In this document: positions 22,828-35,975 of the stretch, piece by piece
How positions within the stretch are numbered: the stretch's first letter is position 1
Layout of the letters: every line of letters begins with the position of its first letter
Source of the DNA: Neodothiora populina
Taxonomy: Eukaryota
Assembly (NCBI RefSeq): GCF_041146345.1
Contig: NW_027191410.1
Location: forward strand, 1,054,001 to 1,118,000
Reading direction: 5' to 3'
DNA: 64,000 nucleotides
The notes under the pieces: model-generated
Databases searched by the model: none
What the model saw: only the letters and a program-made list of their open reading frames with translations
What the model was told of the DNA's origin: nothing
Made by a program: the position numbers and the translations under genes

Positions 22828-24504
22828 ATGAGCCACCCAACACCGCCTTCAGAGCATCATCACCTGAACAGGAGAACTAAGGGCTTGGCTGATTTTCGTA
22901 GCCTGTACTTCCAGCCCGAACCACTGAACGCACCAGAAGTCATTGGCACAAAGCACCCCGCGACTATTGATCAGCAGAGCCTCGCACTACCAGTACAAAG
23001 TGAGATAGACTATCTTGTGAAGCAACTTGTCCAGGCTGAGATTGGTGCAGATCTAGGCGAAGGCACATGCTTACACAGAACGACTTCCGAGACGGCAAGA
23101 TTGCCATCAGACCCGTCGACATTGTATCCATCAGCATACTCTGCGTATCATTCATCCCCAAAGAATGAATACACAGAGACCCGTGGAACAAAATTACCGG
23201 GAGCCAGCTTGGTCAATCATACAGGTTCCATCGAGACTATAAAGCGTCTTTCGTCTAGCTACACGACACCTGTGCATGGGTTGACACACAAGCCATCTCC
23301 CGATATCAGACCAAAGCTACGAATTCCCCATCTGTTCAGTTCAATCGCTCTTACTGATCCCAAGGTGACCGGCCAGCCTATCAGATTCACGTCCGCAAGA
23401 TTTGATGTCGGAAGCAATGTCTTCAAGGTCGGCGCTTGCACGTATCTCAATCTACCATATGGTAGTACTGTGGAATGCGGACTGAGGATTGAGCCATTTC
23501 CGCAGCTTATATTTTCAGATACATGCTCGCGGAGAGGTGTTCTTCGGCAAGAGATTCGTCTGCAGATAGTCCAGAAAGTCGTGCACGCAGGAACTGGTAA
23601 GCCAGCGATGCTGCTATGCGGAGAAGTCGATGTCACGGATAAATTCACCGTTGCTGTCAGGACTGAATTGGCTTCCATTGCTGGCAAAGTGGACGCCATT
23701 GCAGTGCGAGAGACTTGTTCGAAACACGACTCTTTTGCCCATGGAAGAGATGATACGGAGGGCGATACGTTAGTTGCCCACGAAGGAGATCCATCCCTCA
23801 TGCATCATGTTACTGCCCAAGACTGTGAGAATGACTACGATCCAACAGAAGATATCTGGTTGAACATTGCAAAGTCATTAAGAAGCAATCACAGCTCGAC
23901 AACCACTCTTCGAGAACCAAGCATGCCAAATCCTCGTTCGACCCCATCACTAGATAACCTCCTGCAGCACCTAAACAAGATAAAATTGCTGCATAGAGAC
24001 TTTTTCGTTGTCCGTACAGCGAGACGATCCGGTTCTGCCGACAAGTCGGCACCGGCAGCCTTGTCAATCCCCTGGCTTAGCGCGCAACTGTTTCGGCATC
24101 TGTCTGCGCTCAACGAAGACGCCGATGAGCATTCGAGTCACCTCCCTGATCGCAAGCGCAACGCCGATAAAACGACCATCAGTCCTGCTATCCTGTGTAT
24201 GTTCAAGGAAGCAATGGTGGTTCAGCTCGCCTCGGCGATCTCTTCATCATCATCATCATTAGCGTCGTCGGGTGTGAACTCTATGTCGAGGCCGTTCTCC
24301 AGACGTATCAAATTGACATCGACTCTCTCGAGGATATGCGTAGCTAATCGAACGCCGAGTCCGCACAGTGATGAGTCATTTGTAGACGTGTGTGGCATAC
24401 CCATGTTTTCTGACATGACTGTAGGCGGTAGAGAAAGTAAAGGGAAAACAACATACCCTAAGGGGTGGGTTTGTTTTGTGGCTGACGCGGATCTACATGG
24501 GTAG
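22828..24504 (+). CDS. Hypothetical 558-aa protein with a degenerate LOV/PAS-like segment
   Basis: Long single ORF. SIALTDPKVTGQPIRFTSARF resembles the LOV start (F.lTDP...d.PI.fAS.gF), and VGACTYLN loosely resembles GRNCRFLQ. Confidence 0.62.
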   Translation: MSHPTPPSEHHHLNRRTKGLADFRSLYFQPEPLNAPEVIGTKHPATIDQQSLALPVQSEIDYLVKQLVQAEIGADLGEGTCLHRTTSETARLPSDPSTLYPSAYSAYHSSPKNEYTETRGTKLPGASLVNHTGSIETIKRLSSSYTTPVHGLTHKPSPDIRPKLRIPHLFSSIALTDPKVTGQPIRFTSARFDVGSNVFKVGACTYLNLPYGSTVECGLRIEPFPQLIFSDTCSRRGVLRQEIRLQIVQKVVHAGTGKPAMLLCGEVDVTDKFTVAVRTELASIAGKVDAIAVRETCSKHDSFAHGRDDTEGDTLVAHEGDPSLMHHVTAQDCENDYDPTEDIWLNIAKSLRSNHSSTTTLREPSMPNPRSTPSLDNLLQHLNKIKLLHRDFFVVRTARRSGSADKSAPAALSIPWLSAQLFRHLSALNEDADEHSSHLPDRKRNADKTTISPAILCMFKEAMVVQLASAISSSSSSLASSGVNSMSRPFSRRIKLTSTLSRICVANRTPSPHSDESFVDVCGIPMFSDMTVGGRESKGKTTYPKGWVCFVADADLHG

Positions 24505-24828
24505 CGGGAGGGCTCGAATCACAATTGAGTTTGGCAGGACAGCAGATGTAGTGAAGATTCGGTATTATATTTGTCTCTACATATGGCTTTTCTGTAAACA
24601 AAGATCCATGAGTCTGTGATGTCGTCACATAAGTCTATAAATAATATCTATTCGTCCGGTTCCCCCCCATATCGACAAGAAACTTGGTTAGCTTTTCCTC
24701 CCCTTGTGTGGTTAAACAATAATTAGTAAGGTCTCCTCGAGATCATGTCTTCCTCGATATAATGCAGTAGAAAATCGCTAGCAGATGCAAAGATAAACAG
24801 AAAGAGCAAAAAAAGTGTGGTCGCACTT

Positions 24829-26714
24829 TTATTTTTTGCTCTTTCGACTCTTCTGACTCTTGTGTGTGAGCGCAGAGTCTCTCGTGTTGACAAGGTCAAG
24901 ATCGTAAGGACTGGCATCGTAAGTCTTTGTCCTCGTCAGAGTCAGGCCTCCCTCGGCCTCGATCTCGGGCACTTCGCTCTCCTTGATCTCCTTCTCGCCC
25001 TCGGCGGTCACAGCGACCTTTTGCACCAGCTTGTCTCTGAACGCGGCGGCTTCGGCGGCGTACTTGCACTTTCTTCTGATTCTGGCACCGTAGTGGTAGA
25101 ACAAGAACGGGAATGGAATGCATGCGAGGGCCAAGAACGCAGGGATGGAAGAGGCCCAGTGCAGACCGAGTTTGGCGTACATTTGCTTCGTGAAAAGCGG
25201 GAAAGCGGCACCGAAGAGAGAACGGAGCACAGAGTTTGCGGCGAGAGCCGAGGCGGCATAGATCGTGTAGGCATCGACGAGGTAGTTTGTGATGGATAGG
25301 AAGACAAACACCATGCCAAATCCGAAGGGCACGCCGGCTGCGACAGATGCCATCCAGTGCACTGAGGGGTAATTGGTCCAGGCAAACCAGAAGATACCAA
25401 TAGGAAGTGCGAATGCTCCAATGAGGCACACCTTGAGACGTTCTTCAGGCTCAGGGAACGGGTTGGGGGGTTTCTTTGAGAACTTGGGCGCAATGATGAT
25501 ATAAGCAATTGCACTCATCATGCCAACTCCGATACCGAGGAATGGAAGACCACCGATACCCTCACTCCAGCCACGGCTTTGTTGGTAGACGATGGGATAG
25601 GCACCGAAGAAGAGGTAGAGGGTTCCGTAGATGATGGCCATGTACAGGGATAGCAGGAGAACAATGGGCTCGGTGAAAAGAAGCAGGATAGGTCGTGAAA
25701 GCGAAGTCTTGAAGATCTGGACAATGCCAACGTCGGCGTTGGTAATGTCCTGACGTGTCTTGTAAACCTTTCCGGTCAATTTGGAAAGTTTAGCTGCGCG
25801 GGCGTGGAGGAGAACCGGGGCGTAAGTCTCCGGGTTACCGACCATACCCACGATCCACAGGACACCAGACATGATTGACATCAGGCCTTGCACCCACTGA
25901 AAAAGATACGTTAACATCGAGGACTGATTTTAAGTAGATAGCGAAGGAAAGCAACATACCCTCCAGCCTTCGGTCTCACTCAAGAATCCACCAATGACAG
26001 GCCCTAGAGCAGGACCAAGAGATGGGCAAAGAGCGAAAAAGGCCATAGCAAGGCCACGCTCATTTGCCATGAAGACATCGGCGATGGCACCTCCAGAGTT
26101 AGTGAATGGCGAAGATCCAAATGATCCAGCAAAGAATCGCATAACGAGCAACTGGCCGATGCTCTGCGCGTTGGCGGCACCGATATTGAATGCAGTGAAG
26201 CCACCGTAAGTGACGGCGAAGACGATTTGGCGACCGTACACCTCTGATAGTGGCGCCCAGAGTAGAGGCCCGACGGCGAATCCCAAGACGAACAGCGAAA
26301 CACCAGCGGTGATGAGCTCGGTTGATGTCATGAAATCAGCCAGGAGTTCTCTTATCGAGCCTGGAAGATGGTCAGTCAAGGTCACTTTGTTTCACACCGT
26401 CAACACGACAACATACCACTGAAAGCGGACGAATTGATAGCCACAGCAAGAGTAACAAAAGCATTGATGGCACAGATCCACCATCTGAAACCATTTGGCC
26501 ATGTGTAAGGGTTGCCAGGATCATTCTCGATCCATGTCACAATATAAGGTGACTCGTCTGTTCCCTCACCCTCGTACTTTTCGTCGTAGACAGCCCGAGT
26601 AATGCGTGCTTTATCGAAGACCATTCGCCAGCGAGGTATCCTCTCTGGGAGATCTAGGTGAGTGCCAGACGACATGGTGGGCTTCTCGATGTCCGCGGAT
26701 GTGGTCGACGACAT
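24829..26714 (-). CDS. MFS drug:H+ antiporter (DHA1 family, Tpo/Flr-like); introns 26361-26416 and 25897-25959
   Basis: Motifs WIENDPGNP, SLFVLGFAVGPLLWAPLSEVYGR, RFFAGSFGSSP, GPALGPVIGGF, PETYAPVLL, PEERL, YLVDAY and ASALAANSVLRSLFGAAFPLF. Both introns are GTATGT..CAG. Confidence 0.92.
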
Positions 26715-29700
26715 CCTTTGGGAAACAACGATCTATATAGAGCCGATGTGGAATGTGTAGAATCGCGGGTGGTCAATCCTCCAGGTAGAGGTGTGCGGCC
26801 AGCCCTGCCCTTATACTAGTACCCAGGCAGAAGGTCCATGTGTTGGCAGATCGCGGTCGGCCACAAGCGCCTATCCTGTTACCGATCAACGACCAGTCCA
26901 CACCACCCCCCCCCCAAATCTACCATTTATGCTGCCCCTCGGCGCCACCAAAGAACTACGACCTTATTTTCATCTAGTCAACATACGAACGGGGACGCCC
27001 GCCACTTTGCAGTCCCCTTTCATCACCAATACATTACTGTGTGTCTATATCAGGGACTTGTTTCAAGAGTCTTTCAAAGATGCTCGCAAGCATACCCTTT
27101 TGGGGAGATTGACGTGTCGAGTTGCCGAGGCACAGAAAAGCTTGGTATCGCGGGCCGCCGTTTTCGCTTTAACAAATGGAAAATTGCCCGTCTACCAGAA
27201 AAAACTTGTATTGTTCTGCGTCTTGCGACGAAGACGACCTCACTCTGTACGGCCGTACTCCGTGACTATACAAGCATGTGATTTCGTATGCATTATCAAT
27301 CATACACGGAGTTTGACCCTGATCGCCGGGGCTATCGGCACCCGATGCTAAGGCTTCAGTACGAGCACACGGCATTGCTTGGGTCCGCTCCAGGTTTGGA
27401 AATGGTCCTAGACAAGATTCGGTATACTGGTACGGTGTGATTGGGGGTGTGATTGGGGATCCCGCGATAAAAACAAACATGGCAAGCGAGTCATTCGCAT
27501 CTTGCGTAAGCCGTTTGCCTGGGATTTGTGGAAAGAATGATTTCAATCAGCCTGCAGACTGCAAGATCAGGTCATGCAATCCATCGCCTGTTCGTGAATC
27601 GGATTAATCAAGGTCGTTTTACGAGGTCCTCGACCCGTTTATGCACGCATGTATTGTGCTGTAACGCCGCAATCCCACATATCGGCCCACCTTTCGTACC
27701 CCTTATGGTTATGACGGGATCCACTTGCGGATCATGCTATACACTGCTGTCGATACCGAGGCTTAAATAATCATGCATGTAGCAAATAAAGCCGATGATA
27801 AAGCTGTAAGATTCAAGTTTACGAGCACCTCCAAACGTGGTGCTTTCGTCTCGACTCAGCTTCATGTCAGTCTGTTGCACACTCTTTTTTTTGCTTATAC
27901 CTAGGGTAGATAAGAGCCTTCACCTAACAGATGGCGACGACCCTCTTGACATTGTTGACACGAACGATTCGATTCACAACAAAATTTCCCCCATACACCA
28001 TCAATGTGGAGCAGGTGAAAGAAGGTCACTGCGCCAACTAGTAATCTTCAGGTTCTCTTTCTTCAATCTTCTTCTCGAACGTTTCAACCACCCGCCATGT
28101 GTCACTGGTTTAGCGACAGCACTAGCCGCGGCAAATTGAGCAAAACCGACCGCGAGAAGAGTGTGATTCTGCGCTTAACCATGTGCGATATCACAAAGGT
28201 GGAGTATTTCCATGCATTATTATTTGACTAATGGGTTCGGAGCCAATGTCATCCGTGTATAGACGAAAGAACATTACTGCAAGCTCAAGGTTCGATATTT
28301 TTACTTTTACTTGTGCGCCTTGTCGCGTGGCAAGCCAGGTACAGGCAAAGTATAAGCCGCTCGGGGGGCGGCGGCCGGAGCTTAACTCTGGCGCCTCGTG
28401 CATCATCAATCGTTTTTTATATCCCGAGGTCTTCTTGTCGTATGAACGAGTTTGACAAGAAAACATGCATGGAATATACATCAAGTAGGCATCGCAAGGC
28501 TCCCCTAGGAACTGGATCTGTCGTACAGTAGCCGCGTATACGTGTCTTATGACTGCCCGGCTGACACAAACAATACTCACTTCGTATCAGCCTTCGTACT
28601 GTACATGCAGTTATCTGTATTCTCACAATAGCTGCATACTCGGTTCTCATCGCCGCGCCCCATCTCGTTGTATTCCACTTCACTCCATGACGAACAAGAC
28701 AAGTAGCAGCAACAGCAGCAGCAGCAGCAGACTAACCTCAACCCTCAAAAGTGGGATGAAAGTCTCGCACAGGCACCTCAATCTTATCTAATCCGGAAAC
28801 TCGTCCGAACGAGGCCAAGGCATTCGGGATACCGATCAAGCCACCTCACCTCACAGTATTCATATAAGGTAGGTAAAATAGCTACAGTAGCAGGCAGCGC
28901 AAGCGAACGGAAGCCAGGGCTGCGTCATAGAGGTGCGTGAATGCATAAACTATGCATAAAACAAGCTGGGCGTTTGAGACTTCCGGGATCCGAGGCTCGG
29001 TGGGTGGCATCACATCGGTGTTAGTGATTTTCCCCGGCCGGTTGACTGAATGTGATTCTTCGGGAGGGAATGATAGGTACCTTAGGTTCTTCGTGAGAGG
29101 CCCCGGGACGGATTGCTTAGAAACCTAAGAGTTTGTGCAGAGGTTGGCATGTGATACTGTTTGCTTTTTATGGTACTGTACAGCAGTAGGGGGGTACCCT
29201 ATTCGGAGGTGAGGTGGTTTAGGCTTTCTTTCTTTCGCATCGAGGACCCGTCTAGGAGCGCGTTGCGAGATGCATACCGTAAGGTACCCAGGCAGGCAGT
29301 GCAGCGTCATCTTATCTTATCTTACTTCACTTTACTTCATCTTCACTTCGCAAAGTGGTCTCTTGATCAAAATCTACATATAGTACTTTAGTCGGTTGAA
29401 CAAAACAAAATATCCTGATAGACGAGAGACCCTAGACACTACTCTCAGAATAAACTACTTATAGCGGAAGGATCATCTTGTCATTCGTGATGAGACTGAT
29501 CTCTGGTGTCGAATGAGATATCTTGGTTTCATGTACGAGAGATAAGGAGTGCTGGTAGCGTCTCGCGCTGATGGATCTTGTCCTTTATTGTCCTTTTTCA
29601 TCCTCTCTGACCAGTCGAAGTGTGTGGGACTATTGTGTCTGTGTGATTCATCTGTCATTGTAGATGTACTCGACTTACGTACAGTACATTGGGGCACAGT

Positions 29701-30059
29701 ACCATGGTGTTGGGAGGTTTTCCGGGTGCAGCGTAGGTGAGATGGCAGTCACGAAGAGAGAGGTTTGGAATGGACTTGCGATGCCTACTGCACAGTCCGT
29801 CGGAGGAAGATTTGTGGATGTCGCATTTCTCTCTGATAGACTGCGAACTTGGCATATGTATAGGATGATATGGCATAGTCAATGCACAGACTTGATCAAT
29901 CATCGAAAGGGAGAAAAGCTGTTTGATCATGTATCTGTCTGTGATGGGTATTTTTCAATATTGTTTGTTGAGTGGATATCTTTATTCTTGAACTGACAAG
30001 GTCGATGAAAAGGGGAAAACGAGAAACTGGGACAACATTTTATTTTGGCTCCTCTTGGT

Positions 30060-31016
30060 TTATTTGAACACCCTCGAATCCCGATTCTTTCGTACAAAGC
30101 CGACCAGATTCTCAATGACACCCTCGAAAGCCTCCTTGTCGCCCACAGCGCTGTCTTTTCGCTTGAGCCAGTACTCGAGCACGTCGGAAGCGCTCTTGAT
30201 CAGCTCGTCTAGCCTCGCGACATGCATCTTGAGCTCTTCGTCGCTGTAACCAGACATTGCGGCCTCGGTGGTGGACGACAACAGGCTCGCGGCGTTGGCA
30301 TCAAAGTCGGGCGGCGGGGGAGGGCCTCGGCGTTCCGTGTCTTTCTTCTTTCTCTTTGCTTCACCTCCTGTGGCGGTCGAGTTCACGGACACTTCAGAGT
30401 CGTTTTGTCCCTCCTTGCGCAATTTGCTGATGCTTCCGCGCGAGGGCTCAGAGTGAAGGTCGATATTGGGTAGAATCAGCTTCTTTTGTTTGCTCGCGGG
30501 CAAAATCTCGTCGAGATCGACAGGGACGCCCAAGGAGACAAGGAAAAGACGACGTATGCGAGATCGTATCCAGTTGGGCGGTTGTAGTGGAGGAGGAGCT
30601 ACCAGTTGAGACCACAAAGAGGCAGATCGGTCGGTGAGGATGGAATTATTCGTTGTGATTGACGACGGCGGCTGTGGCGTGGCGGAGAGGTCGAGTTCAG
30701 GGAAGATTTCTTGCAAGTGTGGTGATATTGTTTTTAGAATGTCGTCCGGGGTCTGGAAGTCGGCAAAGGAAATATTCGGCTTTGGGACGAAAGGTGAGCG
30801 GATAAGAAGATAGCGGGACTACTGCGTGGCTACTTACGAGGTGTGCTAGAGGGTCATGGGCAGGCTCTGTCTGAGCAGGTGGAGTTGGTGCAATGGGTTC
30901 TGGCTCTTGAAAGCCATCGTCAAAATCACCAAAGTCATCATCCTCTTCTCCCACTTCGGCGCCCTCCTCGAAATCATCAAAGTCATCTCCAAAACCATCA
31001 TCATCATCATCATCGT

Positions 31017-31047
<31 letters not shown>

Positions 31048-31813
31048 TGCTGCAGCCTGATCTTGTGTTCCTTGTTCGTGGCTCAGTGGATTTTCTTGTT
31101 TCTCGGCAGCAGGTTCAGGCAGTGACTCTTGTGTCGACTCTTCCACTTGTTCGTGGTCTGATGATGGCTCGGCGGACGACTCTAGAGTTGACGCTGATGG
31201 GTGTGCAGGGGATTGAGATCTGTCGTCTGAAGTTGGTGATGCTTCCTTTGTCAAAACCAAGGGCGCTTGCCGAGGGGGGGTTTTCTATGCAAGAGAGGGA
31301 AGAGACGTACGCTCATCGGGGACCTGCCTGACCTCGTCGGGTTCGGCGTCGGCCTTTCTCATCTCGTAAGCCTGGGTGCCTGGGACCTCGCCGTGCGCGG
31401 GCTTGTCGTCGACTCTCTCGACCACCATTTTGGGTACGGGGGTTCCGCCGGGAGTGGAGGGACGATCTGACTCGCTGAGACGAGAGGTCGAGCGACTGCG
31501 CTGGCCGTCCGGGATGATCTCCATCTCGTCGGGGACGGCGTCTTGAGTCCTGATGTTGTAGGCCTGAGTACCAGGAACTTCGCCGTAGGCGGGCTCATCG
31601 TCGACTCTCTCGACGCGTGTGACGGGGACGGGAGAGTGCGGTGGTGATCTCCTGCTGCCTTCTTCGGCATCGGAGAAGTGATCGTCGTCGGATGATACTG
31701 TCAAGTCAGTCAACGAATAGAGCAGAAGGGGTGGTGGTTGTCTTACCATGCATCTCGTGAGCTCCAGGATCGGCTTTGTTGTCGAGCGGTTCCGCAGGGG
31801 GTCCTAGAGACAT
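30060..31813 (-). CDS. Laa2/YBL010C-like (DUF5102) AP-1 clathrin-adaptor accessory protein; introns about 31698-31746, about 31228-31310 (acceptor uncertain) and 30780-30837
   Basis: Conserved core LWSQLVAPPPLQPPNWIRSRIRRLFLVSLGVPVDLDEILP, acidic FGDDFDDF/DFGDFDDGF gamma-ear-binding motifs, and C-terminal DKEAFEGVIENLV. Confidence 0.72.
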
Positions 31814-32071
31814 GTTCAAGTGTGGAAGCGAAGATGTGATTCGGAACAGGCAGGATGATGGATTGATGTTCAATGACGAAGAGTGTGTGGTGAGATGAGC
31901 TGCGGAAGCTGCGACAGTAGCAGTGACAGCCAATGGCAGTTGTACAAGTAAGGTAAGTCGGAGCGGGCGTGTCTCAGAGCTGGGACGAAACCCGTATGAG
32001 GGGACCCGTATGAGGGGAATGGAGAGACTACAGCAAGATAAATGTATCAGACATGGAAATGGTGGGGGCTT

Positions 32072-32150
32072 GACGACTACGACTACGACTACGACTACGA
32101 CCACGACTACGACTACGACCACGACTACGACTACGACTGCGGCTACGACT
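32072..32150. repeat. Hexanucleotide microsatellite (GACTAC/GACCAC)n, about 13 units
   Basis: Read directly; it produces the spurious poly-T and poly-V ORFs in the track. Confidence 0.92.
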
Positions 32151-32384
32151 GCTTTATTATGTCCAAGGACCACGACGGGTGATTTGATGAGCCTACCACT
32201 GTGCGAGTACTGCTCACAGCCTCGAGTCCAGACCACCGGGCTACTTGTACTTGTATTGCGACAGCTCGACTAGTCCCTAAGAGTAGACCCTCAGAGTAGT
32301 GCATTTACACAGCCTCCAAACCTCCACATGACGAGCGTGACAAGTGTCGAAGCATATCTGAATCTGGATAATGATCTTGCACAG

Positions 32385-32430
32385 CCCACACCCACACCCA
32401 CACCCGTACCCACACCCACACCCACACCCA
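32385..32430. repeat. Hexanucleotide microsatellite (CCCACA)n
   Basis: Read directly; it produces the spurious HPHPHP ORF. Confidence 0.88.
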
Positions 32431-33084
32431 TTGCATCCGGCGATTATTGACTTTGTCTTATTCTGCCTCTGTGCTCGCTGCTGTAACGCAACTCTGATGC
32501 GGGGTAGTCAACGCGTGATTGCCTTGTGCAGTAGCTACCTTAGTTATGCTGACACTTGTCTGCATATAAAATGCATAGCAAGTCATGAGTCATGTCGGCT
32601 AGTTTGCGCCGCGACCGCATTACTCATGATATCATATATCCATCGACTGCGGCAATCCCCGTGAGATAGTTGTACAGTGTAAGCTAAGGTAAAGAAAGCA
32701 AGGTCAGTAAGAAGAAAGTTGGAGCTCTCGCTCTCGCGGCGACGGAGCCAAGACTAAACTGCCATATCAAGTTCGCGCGTCGTTCTGTGTAAAGTGGACG
32801 TGATTGAAGCAGCTCTTTCTGCCTTTGTGGGTTTTTTTTCCTTATACTGTAAAACAATCCCATCACAACACACGTCGCTGCGTCCGTTGACTGTCGTCTC
32901 TACACTCGCTGCAGCAACAATAACAACCAACGCATCTTGTGTCCGTCCCATTGGCTCGACTTGTGACACCGGACAACAAACGTACGTAAGGGACAACAAC
33001 ATCTCATGCACGCCATGCTGCAAGCTTGCGGAATGTTGACTCTGGCAGACAGAAGAACCAAGACAGGTCGCCATCTGACTCGCC

Positions 33085-35380
33085 ATGCCTGACCCGCCCA
33101 AGTTCACCTTTGGTGCCCCTGCCTCGGCCGGCGCATCGACTGGAGCACCCGCTGGAGGCTCGAATCTGTTTGGAGGAGCTGCATCTAATGGCGGTGGCCT
33201 CTTCGCTTCCAGCACAGGAAACTCCCCTTCGACATCATCCGCACCTTCACTGTCTGGCCAAAAACCCGCAGCTGCTTCTGGAACAGAGAACAAGCCGTTG
33301 TTCGGTTCAGCAGCACCCGCCGGCGGTCAATCAGCTGGCTTTGGCTTCGGCACAGCGAACAAGACTGCTTCGCCTGCTCCCAGCACTGGTGGTCTCTTTG
33401 GCTCTGCAGCTCCTTCCTCGACTTCTGCTGCTCCTTCGACGGGTTTCTCTTTTGGAAAGGCAGCAGACAACAAGCCCACCACTCCTGGCGCTGGTCCTGT
33501 CTCAGGCATGACCTTTGGCACAACTCCCGCTGGGCAGCCGGCTTCTGGGGGAGGTCTGTTTGGCAATGCTGGAAACACTGGATCAACCACTCCTGGCAAC
33601 AACAAGCCATCTCCACTCTCCTTCTCTACCACCCCTGCTGGTCCACCTCCCCAGCAATCAGCCACCTCAGGACTATTCGGTGGAGCTGGCGGCGCCAATG
33701 CCTCTGCACCCTCCTCTGCCTCTTCACTGTTCGGCGCCCCCAAGTCCAACCCTACTAGCTCCAGCGCACCATCCACCGGAGGCCTCTTCGCACAGTCCAA
33801 GCCTGCAGAATCGTCTGGCAGCCTCTTCGGTCCCAAAACCACAGACCCTCCCGCATCAGCGCCCTCTACCAGTGGACTTTTCGGAAACAACAGCAACAAG
33901 CCTGCAGATGGCGCATCCGCCACCACTCCGACTAGTTCTTTGTTTTCACCCAAACCCGCTGACGCAAACGCCAGCCAACCCGCCAAGCTCACCTTTGGCG
34001 CTTTTGCATCGAGCAACCCACCAGCTTCCTCCGCTGCTGATTCGAGCAAGCCCGCTTCTTTCTCGCTGGGAGGTGCTGCACCAGCCAGTGCAAGCAAGCC
34101 CCTCTTCCCTGCCCTCGGCAGCTCCACTACCCCGACGACTGGCGATGCCCCCAAGCCAGCTTTCTCATTAGGTGGCGCCACCACATCGGCTTCCGCTGCT
34201 CAGTCCTCAACGCCGACTACCGCCCCTTCGACTGGCGCCCTGTTTGGCGCGCCAGCTTCTTCGTCTGCGGCCCCTGCTTCTGCTGCTGCTCCCGCCGGTG
34301 GTCTGTTCAAGAACGCCACGGCATCATCTTCCACCCCCACATCTACCACCGCACCTTCTGGCGGTCTGTTCGGCGCAAAGGCTCCATCATCAGCAGCTCC
34401 TGCGACTTCAACTCCTGCACCTTCAGGAGGTCTCTTTGGTGCTAAGCCCGCATCTTCGGCCGCAGCTCCTTCTCCCGCGCCCGCCAATGCCGGCGCCGCT
34501 CCCTCTGGTGGTCTGAATTTCGGCAGCACCGCTCCCAAACTCGCCGAGTCATCGTCAACTCCTGCCGCCCCCAACACAACAGCAACACCTGCCGCAGCCC
34601 CTTCGTCAACTCTGGGTGCTTCCACCACTGGTCCCGCGCCACCACCGACCTCCCGACTGGCTTCCAAGTCTCTCGATGAAATCCTCACACTCTGGACCAC
34701 CTCTCTGACCCAGCACCAAAAGTCATTTGGCAACCTTGCCACCAAGATCAGTGCCTGGGATCGTTCGCTGGTCGAGAACAGCGACAAGATCTCTAAGCTG
34801 TACTCGAGCACTTTCCAGGCCGAAAGAGACACGAGCGAGGTCGAGAGACAGTTGTCGGCTGTCGAAGGACAACAGAAGGAACTGGAAGGATGGTTGGACC
34901 ATTATGAGCGTGTCGTCGACGAGATGATCTCACGCACGGGCGGCGCCGAGTCTGGCGTCGACGCTGAGAGAGAGAGAACGTATGTTGTTCTTGTTTATGT
35001 CCTATTTTCTGAACATCGCTGACACGTCATATCACAGCTACCGCACAGCCGAACGCGCAACGAACCGCCTCACCGAGATCTCGCACGACCTCACTTCCAT
35101 GATCGAAGAAATCAACCTCGCCTCGACGAGCCTGACCAAATCCAACAAAGCCGCCAACGGCGCCGGCGAAACAGGAGCAGATCCGCTCGCACAGATTGTG
35201 CGTGTGCTCAACTCGCATCTGGCGCAACTACAAACCATCGACACCGGCGCCGCCCAATTGCAGCAGAGAGTCGCGGTGGCACAAAAGGAGGCCCGTGGTC
35301 TCGGTGGCCGTAACGGGCTAGGACTCGGCGACGAGAGTGGCGTGGAAGGGTTCTTGAGGAGTCTGAACGGCAGACGATGA
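33085..35380 (+). CDS. NSP1: FG-nucleoporin Nsp1 (Nup62 orthologue); intron 34980-35037
   Basis: Many GGLFG/FSFG/FSLG repeats are followed by the Nsp1_C coiled coil (SLDEILTLWTTSL...ISAWDRSLVENSDKI...DAERERT|YRTAE...DPLAQIVRVLNSHLAQLQTID). Confidence 0.92.
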
Positions 35381-35975
35381 GGTTAGTTGGCCGTTGTGTT
35401 GCAGGAACTAGCCGTCCGTGAGAATTGGAATGAGCAACGGAGGAATATCATACCATGTTGGTCTGGTTCCCTTATTGCTCTCACCTGCACAAGAAGGAAA
35501 GGGGAAAGAAGCAATACAACCCGTGGTACAGAGTCCGGGTGTCCTCCCGAAGCAGTAGAGAAGGACCGATAGCAAAGCAATGCACGCATGATAGGGACTA
35601 AAAGGACCGGATTGGGCAGGGGGGGGGGGGCGTTGGAAAGGCAGCCATGCAGGCAGGCGTTCATATTCAGTCCATCATGAAAACAATAGTGTTTGAAACA
35701 AGAAGAATAAGAGAAAGCGTTTAGAAACAAGGCGAAGAACACACCGTGTATAGAGTCTTGTTCTCTCCATCTTCAGTCTACTCTCTTTCACCCTTCTGTG
35801 ATTGAAAGTTTTGTGCTGAAAGAGAGAGTCATGAGTATGAATGTACCGTGTATTGTATATGCTACGTTTTACGAGTTTTACGACCACTAAACCGCCACGA
35901 GGGCGCGCAAAGCAGAGGATATGACTACCCCAAATGAAAACCAAGTAAACCAGAAAAAAAGCCAAAGCACGCAAC

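Noticed and set aside
31706..32664. Poly-Val, poly-Thr and His-Pro ORFs
   Set aside because: They are translations of intergenic hexamer microsatellites.
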